From a virus, in the IMG/VR virus record IMGVR_UViG_3300010412_000003, positions 1-64,000 of that record: a DNA stretch of 64,000 bases; one strand, 5' to 3'. The translations under genes and the position numbers were made by a program. Positions 8,435 to 16,185 of the stretch are shown here, one piece after another (the stretch's first letter is position 1; the number at the start of each line of letters is the position of its first letter). The notes under the pieces were generated by a model. The model made no database searches. It saw only the letters and a program-made list of their open reading frames with translations, and was not told the origin of the DNA.

Positions 8435-8555
8435 GGGGTTGATCGGTTTCGACAGGTCACAGGGATTATCAGTAGGTGAAAATGCCCTTGGTGAAGACAC
8501 TGAAAATAATCGTGAACTTGTGATTTGGACAGGGGTTCAATCCCCCTCAACTCCA
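8435..8555 (+). ncRNA. ssrA: minimal tmRNA (tRNA-like domain only)
   Basis: Acceptor stem GGGGTTG/CAACTCC-A with G3-U70; D-loop ATCGGTTTCGAC; GAC + T arm AGGGG-TTCAATC-CCCCT; helix 2 AGGTCACAGG/CTTGTGATTT closed after ~55 nt. Confidence 0.85.
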
Positions 8556-8603
8556 CAGAACTTTAATAACCATTCAGATGCAATATATCTGATAAAAAAA
8601 CAA

Positions 8604-9219
8604 ATAGCATGGGTTGGTTGGATTTCCAGCAACCGTCAAGTTTCGTATAAAGGAAACAAGAAGAGTTATAAAACCTCTTCCATGTTATTTGCCAAGGAAC
8701 ATAACTTGGGTTGACTAGCCAGTAAAGTAGGGAAGAAGGGTAGTTTTGCAAACCACTGTGAGTTAGAAACGTAATCTGTCTCACCAGTTAGTAAGGCTAG
8801 CAAGTCCTTTGCAAGACTACTACGTGAAGGCAAAAATCTGGAAGCACCAGATCAGTAGAACGACTCCTACACCCAAGATATAAAATTATTGGTAAATTAT
8901 CGGTAGATGTTGGAACGTGCTATCATGGTTGGTGAATGGTCTTTGTAAAGCCACTAAAAGGTAGAAGACTAGACGGTAACTAAAACACCATGCAGGAAAT
9001 ACAATAACCTGCCTCACCAGTTCCAACAAAATTTTGAAGATTTTCAGGGAATGATAGGTTAGCCACCTAACTCTTAGGAGAGAAAGCAGATAAAAACTAT
9101 CTCCCAAGGATGGTTCTGTAGGGTACTGAGAGGAACAGACAACTGGATACTTGGGTTAGAAAAAATCCTATCCTCATGTAATGGCTTGTGGGGTTGTCAT
9201 TCCCTGAAAGTTTTCAAAA
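8604..9219 (+). ncRNA. ~600-nt large ornate ncRNA candidate (ROOL/GOLLD size class)
   Basis: No credible ORF; many stems incl. 8740-8752/8808-8820, 8908-8916/9020-9028, 26-bp 9032-9057/9194-9219 with four G-U pairs; near a tRNA. Confidence 0.7.
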
Positions 9220-9251
9220 CAAAATGAAATACAAAACCAAAGGAGATAAAA

Positions 9252-9428
9252 ATGTTTAGCGAACTTGTTGCACTTTATGCTGGATTGTTTTTTGTTGTTT
9301 TCAGTTTTGTGGTAGAACCATCAAAGAATTTTGTGTCAAAACTTTTGTTCAAAGCAATTCCATTTATTTTTGGCATGTTGTTGTTGGTATCTTGGGCAAG
9401 TTTACGTGGTTGGCTTGTTATAGTATAA
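9252..9428 (+). CDS. small two-helix membrane protein (58 aa)
   Basis: AAGGAG RBS; MFSELVALYAGLFFVVFSFVVEPSKNFVSKLLFKAIPFIFGMLLLVSWASLRGWLVIV. Confidence 0.7.
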   Translation: MFSELVALYAGLFFVVFSFVVEPSKNFVSKLLFKAIPFIFGMLLLVSWASLRGWLVIV

Positions 9429-9443
9429 AAAATGTAATAAAAT

Positions 9444-9516
<73 letters not shown>

Positions 9517-9545
9517 CCTTGTGAGATTATAAGGAGGTCGTGATA

Positions 9546-9668
9546 ATGCTAAGACTTTTATGCTGGTTTAGAAATGAATATGAAGTTTTGTGGTGTGATT
9601 GGTGTAAAATCATGACTGTCCACAAATGGAATGGCGAAGATTGGGTTTGTTCAAGAAATCATAGGTAA
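9546..9668 (+). CDS. small zinc-finger-like protein (40 aa)
   Basis: AAGGAGG RBS; WCDWC...H...CSRNH. Confidence 0.6.
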   Translation: MLRLLCWFRNEYEVLWCDWCKIMTVHKWNGEDWVCSRNHR

Positions 9669-9672
9669 TATA

Positions 9673-9702
9673 AAAAGTCCTCTATTTTATTAGAGGACTT
9701 TT
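9673..9702 (+). terminator. intrinsic terminator-like hairpin
   Basis: AAAAGTCCTCTA-6 nt-TAGAGGACTTTT. Confidence 0.65.
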
Positions 9703-9717
9703 ATCTAGGAGGTAAAA

Positions 9718-9876
9718 ATGGAAAAGCTTATTTTTTATTGCATATTCTCTTTGATAATTACTGCTCTGGTTACGCTTACCATATTTGGTGGTGGGATAAG
9801 ACCATCTGAGAGAGTTGCTACATCTTTATATGATTATGACGATATTGAAGAACCAAAGGAAGACGAAAATGTGTGA
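9718..9876 (+). CDS. small membrane protein (52 aa)
   Basis: AGGAGG RBS; N-terminal hydrophobic helix, acidic tail. Confidence 0.6.
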   Translation: MEKLIFYCIFSLIITALVTLTIFGGGIRPSERVATSLYDYDDIEEPKEDENV

Positions 9877-9985
9877 TCTAAATTGCGTTGGTATGATTGG
9901 ATTAATTCTTGGGATAAGCATGACCACAATTATCACCTGTGTTCTTATGATAAGAATTAAAGAAAGGGAGGAAAGTGTTGAATAA
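9869..9985 (+). CDS. small membrane protein (38 aa)
   Basis: MCDLNCVGMIGLILGISMTTIITCVLMIRIKEREESVE, overlaps previous stop. Confidence 0.5.
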   Translation: MCDLNCVGMIGLILGISMTTIITCVLMIRIKEREESVE

Positions 9986-10000
9986 AATTACACTTTTATT
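9981..10000. repeat. palindromic motif AATAAAA-N6-TTTTATT, copy 1 (others at 18342, 37122, 55041; near copy 26727)
   Basis: Four exact copies, all at gene boundaries. Confidence 0.6.
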
Positions 10001-10099
10001 TTTCATTTTGTTTATAACAAACCCATATTTGAAAATTATATTTGGAAGTGTGTTTGATTATTTTTATGAAAAATTTGTTGTCAAATCATTGGTGAGAAA

Positions 10100-10429
10100 A
10101 TGAAACAAAGAATTTTATTTATTTTTATCTTGCTATTGTTTGTTTCTTTGTTTATTTCTACAGATGGAATTTCTCCAAAATGTTTTGAAAATTATGAGGG
10201 TTATGTTATTGGTGATATTATTCTTGATAAACTTCCAAGTAATGTTTCATGTTCATTTGCAGATAAAGAACCAATGATAATAAAGTTTTCAATAACAAAC
10301 TCACATCTTATTTATTATAATACTAATGGTGAAATACAAGCACACAAATATATCTGTTATCCTATAACTGAAAAATATTTTTCTTGTGAGATATGGGTTG
10401 AAAAACCTGATCGTTTTGTATATTGGTGA
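10100..10429 (+). CDS. putative secreted/membrane protein
   Basis: N-terminal signal-like hydrophobic stretch. Confidence 0.55.
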   Translation: MKQRILFIFILLLFVSLFISTDGISPKCFENYEGYVIGDIILDKLPSNVSCSFADKEPMIIKFSITNSHLIYYNTNGEIQAHKYICYPITEKYFSCEIWVEKPDRFVYW

Positions 10430-10486
10430 CAGACAAGCCACCAGAGATTCACACGCACTTTTTCAAAAATTCTATAAAATTGGGGC

Positions 10487-10515
10487 TTGCAAAAAAACGA
10501 ATTTTGTGGTATGAT
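10487..10515 (+). promoter_or_regulatory. sigma70/sigmaA promoter of replication block
   Basis: TTGCAA-17 bp-TATGAT with TG extension. Confidence 0.6.
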
Positions 10516-10711
10516 ATTTTTTGATCAAGATTTTTTTAAAAAAAATAATTTTCTTTTTTTTATAAGCTTGGGTTATTTCGGGCATAATCAAATTGGAGGA
10601 AAACAAAAAGATACATAAATAGATAATAAAAAAAATAAAAACAAAAAAATAAAAAATAAAAACATTGTATTTAAAAATATAAAAAATAAAAGGATTATGA
10701 GGTAAAAAAAC

Positions 10712-11728
10712 ATGGCTAGAAATTTTGAATTACCAGAAACAAAAGGAAACTTCCAACTCAAAGGGATTGTCACTGGTGTAGGTCGTGACGGTTTCTATAA
10801 GGATGGCACTAGCACTTCTGGAAAGAAGTGGAGGGCTGTAAATTTTGGTCTTGTTGTTGAAGATGGTACTGTTTTATATCTAACACTTCTTGGAACAGAG
10901 CAAGATCGTGCATGGTTTGGTGGAAAAGAAGGTGATGAGTTTAAGACTGTTGATGTTGAATGGTCTAAGAGACATACTTTCAAAAAGGCTGGATATAAAA
11001 TTTTCGGTCTAACTCTCGGTCTTCAAAAAGATGAAGAGGGGAAAAATGACAAGAAATATCTACACCAATTTGATGCTTGTAAATATATTTCAGATAACCT
11101 AGAAGATGGTATGAGTGTATTTGTTAGGGGCAATTTAGAGTTTGGTCACTTTGTCACTGAGCAGGGTGATACTGTGAGAACACAAAAATTAGTTCCAACA
11201 CAAATTTCACTACTTAGCTCTGATATTGATTTTGATAGTGAAAAATATGAACCAGAACACAGGTTTACACAAGATATTATCTTTCTTGGAATTGATAAAG
11301 AAGGTGAGGAGTTTCCAGTAGAAGCACATCTTGTTTCTTACAGGGGAATTGAGACTGACACTTTCGTAATTCGTGACAATAAATTAGCCAAATTATTCAG
11401 GGAGAAACTTAAACCATACACAAAAATTCAAGTGCATGGTTGGGTTACAACTGCCCAAGTTGGTGAAGAGGTTTCAGAGGAAGATAGTGAAGAGGTTTGG
11501 GGTGAAGAGAATGAAATGACCAAGGCACGAACCCCATATAGAAGAATTTTTCTTGTTACTGGTGCTAATCCAAGCACTATTGATACTGAAAATTACACTC
11601 AAAAAGCAATTGAAAGTGCAATTGAGGCAATGACCAAAGACGAAAAGGCAGTTAGCGAATTTGGAAGTGAAGAGGTTTGGGGTGAGGGTGGTTCGTCAGA
11701 TACTGAATCTGATGATGAAGACTGGTAA
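10712..11728 (+). CDS. putative single-stranded DNA-binding protein
   Basis: First gene of replication block, OB-like beta-rich sequence (VFVRGNLEF), acidic tail ending DDEDW. Confidence 0.65.
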   Translation: MARNFELPETKGNFQLKGIVTGVGRDGFYKDGTSTSGKKWRAVNFGLVVEDGTVLYLTLLGTEQDRAWFGGKEGDEFKTVDVEWSKRHTFKKAGYKIFGLTLGLQKDEEGKNDKKYLHQFDACKYISDNLEDGMSVFVRGNLEFGHFVTEQGDTVRTQKLVPTQISLLSSDIDFDSEKYEPEHRFTQDIIFLGIDKEGEEFPVEAHLVSYRGIETDTFVIRDNKLAKLFREKLKPYTKIQVHGWVTTAQVGEEVSEEDSEEVWGEENEMTKARTPYRRIFLVTGANPSTIDTENYTQKAIESAIEAMTKDEKAVSEFGSEEVWGEGGSSDTESDDEDW

Positions 11729-11744
11729 ACCAGAGAGGAAATTC

Positions 11745-11785
11745 AATTATCTAGTGGTATATATACCACTAGATAATTCTTTTTT
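11745..11785 (+). terminator. perfect 34-bp palindrome followed by T-tract
   Basis: AATTATCTAGTGGTATA/TATACCACTAGATAATT then CTTTTTT. Confidence 0.6.
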
Positions 11786-11793
11786 AGGAGACA

Positions 11794-12873
11794 ATGATGG
11801 TAGGAAAAATTAACGAAGTTAAAAAGGATGCTGGTTCTTTTAAGCATTTAATTATGGGGCAACCAAAAGTTGGTAAGACAACATTGTTTAGGGATTTTAT
11901 TATTGAACAATATGGTGATTCAAAATATGGTTTGCTTCTATCAATTGGTGATGAAGAAGGCTATAAACTAATTGATGATTTGTTTGTTGAAGAAACATAT
12001 ACTTGGAGTGAATTTGTTAAAACGGTTGATGATCTTGTCGAAAATGCAAAAGATACTACATATAAAATGATTGGGTTGGATACAATTGATGAACTTGTTG
12101 AAATTGCAATAGATGAAGTTTTAAGATTGCATTTTTTGAGAAAGGGTTCTAAGGCAGAATCAATCAACTCAGCATTGGGTGGTTGGGGGGCAGGTCAGAG
12201 AATGGTTGTTTCTCTAATGAAGAAACAACTTGGTAGATTAACAAAAGCAGGATATGGGTTGTTTTTTATTGGTCATACTAAAGTAAAAGATTTTGTTGAA
12301 AAAGATGGTGAAGCATATCAAATGTTAACAGGAAATCTTGATGGAAAATATCAAAGATTTTTTGCTGGATATGTTGATGTGATTGCCGTTTTATATTCTG
12401 AAAAAGAAATTGAAGAAGGAACAATTTCAGGCGCAACAAGGTGGATTTATTTTAGAAGTGACGGATATATTGATGCTGGTTCAAGATTTCCAGATGTTCC
12501 ACTGAGAGTTGAGCTATCTGCAAGAAACTATATTGATACATTTAATCATGGAATTAAAAGTGCAATGAGCGAAAAGATTAGTGATGAAGAGTTTACCAGA
12601 CTTGCAAGGGAAGAAGAAGAGGAAAGAATAGATTCTGGTCTTGAATATTCTAAGAAAGAAAAGTCTGGAAATCCTGATCTTGCAGAAAAACTTAAAACAC
12701 CAGAGGATTATATCAAGCATATTGGAAAAATGATCAAGGGTTTAAATAACGAAATGAAAAAAGAAGTTAGAATTACCCTTGAAGATGATGGAATTGATGT
12801 AAGGGAATACAAAGAAATAAAGGATATTGAAACACTTAAACATATTTTAAGAGTTGTTTCGGATGTAATTTAA
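11794..12873 (+). CDS. Sak4-like AAA ATPase (recombination/annealing)
   Basis: GQPKVGKTT Walker A, IGLDTID Walker B, FIGH, AGSRF. Confidence 0.8.
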   Translation: MMVGKINEVKKDAGSFKHLIMGQPKVGKTTLFRDFIIEQYGDSKYGLLLSIGDEEGYKLIDDLFVEETYTWSEFVKTVDDLVENAKDTTYKMIGLDTIDELVEIAIDEVLRLHFLRKGSKAESINSALGGWGAGQRMVVSLMKKQLGRLTKAGYGLFFIGHTKVKDFVEKDGEAYQMLTGNLDGKYQRFFAGYVDVIAVLYSEKEIEEGTISGATRWIYFRSDGYIDAGSRFPDVPLRVELSARNYIDTFNHGIKSAMSEKISDEEFTRLAREEEEERIDSGLEYSKKEKSGNPDLAEKLKTPEDYIKHIGKMIKGLNNEMKKEVRITLEDDGIDVREYKEIKDIETLKHILRVVSDVI

Positions 12874-12903
12874 AAAGATGGGGATGAAAATCCCCATCAA
12901 AGG

Positions 12904-13614
12904 ATGGTGTTTATGGTTATGGGACATGATATTAAAACAGAAACTATTTTAAAATGTTGGCATTGCAAGGGTGAAATTGTTTTGGAAACAACTGAACTGC
13001 TGATGCATAGAGAAAAACCATATCATCGAAAATGCTTACTAGAAAAAGAGACAGGAAAAAAGAGGGGTGCTTTAAAGCTAGAAAACATACCAGAATTCAT
13101 AGAAGAGATCAAACCATATTCTGAAAGTTATGCCAAAAAACTTATTGATAGAAATATTTTGATAAAATGGATACAAACAGAATACAACACTATTGTTTTA
13201 CCATCTTTCGTTATAAACAAATTAGATAAAATTATTGATGGAACAATGGAGGGTTTGTCAATCCCAATTCCACCTGATCATATGCTGGATATGTGGATAA
13301 GAAAAATTCCTGAGCTTAGAAAAATAGAGCAGTATAACTTAAAACAAGGTAAGAGATTTAAAAAACCACACCTTATTAGTTATGATATGTCAATTATTTC
13401 TAGCAAATATCCATCATATTTGAAACACATTGAAGAACAGAAGTTGGCAAAAGAGGCAGGTATATTTGCACCAAACAGAAATGATGTTTTGAGTGAAATG
13501 GAAAGAATGATGCAAACAAAAGTGGTTATGAATATTCCAGATCATGTAAAAGAACATGATGATATGTTAAATGATTTTATAAATGATATTATGAACGAAA
13601 AGGAAGATGAATAA
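12904..13614 (+). CDS. zinc-binding replication protein (possible helicase loader)
   Basis: CWHC...YHRKC; position before helicase. Confidence 0.5.
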   Translation: MVFMVMGHDIKTETILKCWHCKGEIVLETTELLMHREKPYHRKCLLEKETGKKRGALKLENIPEFIEEIKPYSESYAKKLIDRNILIKWIQTEYNTIVLPSFVINKLDKIIDGTMEGLSIPIPPDHMLDMWIRKIPELRKIEQYNLKQGKRFKKPHLISYDMSIISSKYPSYLKHIEEQKLAKEAGIFAPNRNDVLSEMERMMQTKVVMNIPDHVKEHDDMLNDFINDIMNEKEDE

Positions 13615-13617
13615 CAT

Positions 13618-15150
13618 ATGGGTGAAACGCTAGAACTTACAAATGTAACAAGTGAAATATTTTTTGTTGGCTCATGTTTTTCTCAGCCAGATTTATATTT
13701 AAGTTATGGTGAATACATGAGACCAAAGTATGATTTTTCAGATGTAGTTACAAGGTTTCTTTACGAAAGCTTTGAGCTTTATTATTTAAATTTCTCTGAA
13801 AATGTAACAAGAGAAAAAGTAAATGCGTTTATGTCCCAAGATGAAGCAAGACTTTCAAGATATAATCAATATGGTGGTTATGATACTGTCGAAAGCTGGA
13901 TGAATCTTTCAGATGCAGATGATATTGAAAATTATTTCAATTTGGTAAAAAAATATTCCCTTTTACGAGAATATCATAGAAATGGATATAATGTTGAAGC
14001 AATAATGGTTCATCCAAAGTTTCAACAATTAACAGCACAAGATATTTATAGGCTTGTTAGGGGAAAAGTTGATAGAGTTTTTACAATAATTTCTGCCAGC
14101 GAAGATAGCATACCACTTAATCATGGTATTCAAAACACTGTATCCGAATATTTAATTGCACCACAAATGGGATTAGATTATCCTTGGTGGTCAATAAATG
14201 AAATGTTTCGTGGAATGAGATTGGGTAAAATTGTATTAAATGGATTTCTTAGCAATGAGGGTAAGTCAAGAAATCTTATGCTCTTGATGGCTCATACTGC
14301 GCTTGTTAAAAAGCAAAAGTTTTTATTAATGAGCAATGAAATGTCAGAAGATGATCTTAGGTCTGCTCTTATTACAACAGTATTAAACAATGAGTGTTTT
14401 AAAAAATTACATGGTGTTAGCAGAATAAAGAAAGAACGTGAAATTGTTTTGGGAATTTATTTTGATGATAATGGAAAACAAATTTCAAGATATGTAGATG
14501 AAGATGGTAATTTTTTAGAAAGCGAAGAAGAGTACACACAGAGAGTTTACAAAACATCTGCTGAATACAGGGATGTTCTCAGGGTTGCAAAATTTCTTGA
14601 AGAGGAAGGTAATGGATTTCTTTTATTCAAGGATGTGGGAACTGGATACTCTGATGAAATGTTGGAGCATGAAATTAGAAGACATGCTTTGGTTTATGGT
14701 GTAAAATATTTTGGGTATGATACTTTAAAGGGTTGGAAAACAGATGATTGGCAATCTTTAAAACAAACAACAACAAGATTGAAAGAACTGGCAACCGAGC
14801 TAAATATATTTATGTGGGCTGTGTTCCAACTTACTGATGATACACACTTTACAAATGTTTTTGATCTTAGCAGTAATAACATTGCAAATGCAAAACAAAT
14901 CAAGCACGTTGTAGATTACCTTTTGTTGGGAAAAAGAATTTATCAAGGTGAATACATGAATTATGAATATGCATCACATGAGGTTTGGGGAGAACCAAAA
15001 ATTCTCCCATTAGATCAAAACAAAAAATATTTTGCAGTAATAGTTGATAAAAATCGTGGTGGTTCAAAACAATTCAATCCATTATTTGAGTATGATCTCG
15101 ATCTAAATATATGGAAAAATGTTGGTTCTTTAATTCATAAAGGATTATAA
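13618..15150 (+). CDS. dnaB: DnaB-like replicative helicase
   Basis: SNEGKSR Walker A, SNEM, YDTLK, FQL, DKNRGG. Confidence 0.85.
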   Translation: MGETLELTNVTSEIFFVGSCFSQPDLYLSYGEYMRPKYDFSDVVTRFLYESFELYYLNFSENVTREKVNAFMSQDEARLSRYNQYGGYDTVESWMNLSDADDIENYFNLVKKYSLLREYHRNGYNVEAIMVHPKFQQLTAQDIYRLVRGKVDRVFTIISASEDSIPLNHGIQNTVSEYLIAPQMGLDYPWWSINEMFRGMRLGKIVLNGFLSNEGKSRNLMLLMAHTALVKKQKFLLMSNEMSEDDLRSALITTVLNNECFKKLHGVSRIKKEREIVLGIYFDDNGKQISRYVDEDGNFLESEEEYTQRVYKTSAEYRDVLRVAKFLEEEGNGFLLFKDVGTGYSDEMLEHEIRRHALVYGVKYFGYDTLKGWKTDDWQSLKQTTTRLKELATELNIFMWAVFQLTDDTHFTNVFDLSSNNIANAKQIKHVVDYLLLGKRIYQGEYMNYEYASHEVWGEPKILPLDQNKKYFAVIVDKNRGGSKQFNPLFEYDLDLNIWKNVGSLIHKGL

Positions 15151-16179
15151 ATGGACATTCTGGATTTGAAAGAGTACATTTTGGAGAATGATTTAGTTGA
15201 AACAATTCTGGATTCTCTTGGTTGCCATTCAATAAAAAGGCACGAAGGGAATCCAGATGATTATTATTCCTGTGCAAATCCAGATGGAGATAATTCCCAA
15301 GCTGTTACAGTTTACTTAAATGAATATTTGCCCTGCATAAATTATACAAGAAACATTTCAAAGTCAAATGTTACACCAGATATATTTTCATTGGTAGAAT
15401 TTTACCAAGATATGTCATTTTTTGAGGCATTCAAATATATCTGTGGAGTAATTGGGATTGATGTTTATCATGATATGTCAAAGGAATTGCCAAAAAGTTT
15501 ATTGCTAACAAAGACACTTTCAAAAATGAATAAACATGGTTCTGATGATATAGACAATCCAATTAAACCTATACCAGAAAAGATATTAAAATATTATTAC
15601 CCCTATGTTAACGATTTATTCAAAAATGACGGTATCAGTTACAAAACACAAAAAGAATTTGAAATTGGATATGACCCATTTACAAATAGAATAACTATCC
15701 CAATTCGATCTGAACATGGTGATCTTGTTGGTGTTAAGGGTAGGATATTTGAGTGTGAGTACAAGGGTAATTATAAGTATATTTATCTTGAGAAATGTCC
15801 TAGAAATAAAATACTTTATGGTTTATATAAAACGTATGAAGAGATTAAACTCAAGGGTAGTGTGTTTGTAGGTGAGTCGGAAAAGTCTTGTATGCAGTTA
15901 TGGGATATGGGGCATAAAAACTGTGTTGGAATTGGTGGAAAGATGATCTCAAAAACACAGATTCAAAAGCTGGAAAGACTAGGTGTAAAAATAATTTTAT
16001 GTTTTGATAAGGATGTGACACAGGAAGAGCTTGAATCCATTGCAGATAAATTTTTACCAGCAATAGAAATTTTAGCGATTATTGATACTGATAATATTTT
16101 GGATGAACATGAAAGTCCAAGTGATAACAAAGAGAAATTTGAAACTCTTTTAAAAAACAATTTATTTAAAATAAGGTAG
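15151..16179 (+). CDS. DNA primase
   Basis: RITIPIR...VGVKGR, KYIY, VGESEKS, CFDKD TOPRIM motifs. Confidence 0.85.
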   Translation: MDILDLKEYILENDLVETILDSLGCHSIKRHEGNPDDYYSCANPDGDNSQAVTVYLNEYLPCINYTRNISKSNVTPDIFSLVEFYQDMSFFEAFKYICGVIGIDVYHDMSKELPKSLLLTKTLSKMNKHGSDDIDNPIKPIPEKILKYYYPYVNDLFKNDGISYKTQKEFEIGYDPFTNRITIPIRSEHGDLVGVKGRIFECEYKGNYKYIYLEKCPRNKILYGLYKTYEEIKLKGSVFVGESEKSCMQLWDMGHKNCVGIGGKMISKTQIQKLERLGVKIILCFDKDVTQEELESIADKFLPAIEILAIIDTDNILDEHESPSDNKEKFETLLKNNLFKIR

Positions 16180-16185
16180 GTAAAA

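Noticed and set aside
8435-8555. Ordinary or intron-containing tRNA-Ala
   Set aside because: No D stem or anticodon arm; ends match tmRNA rather than tRNA
8433-8714. 93-aa + strand ORF (and - strand ORFs 8563-8784, 8886-9107)
   Set aside because: No RBS, atypical composition, and they overlie the tmRNA-like and large structured RNAs
8604-9219. Group I/II intron or RNase P RNA
   Set aside because: No interrupted host gene, no GUGCG start or domain V, and no GAGGAAAGUCC P4 signature seen; not excluded without a covariance search
10588-10773. 61-aa Phe/Leu-rich minus-strand ORF
   Set aside because: Artefact of the A-tract leader read on the opposite strand
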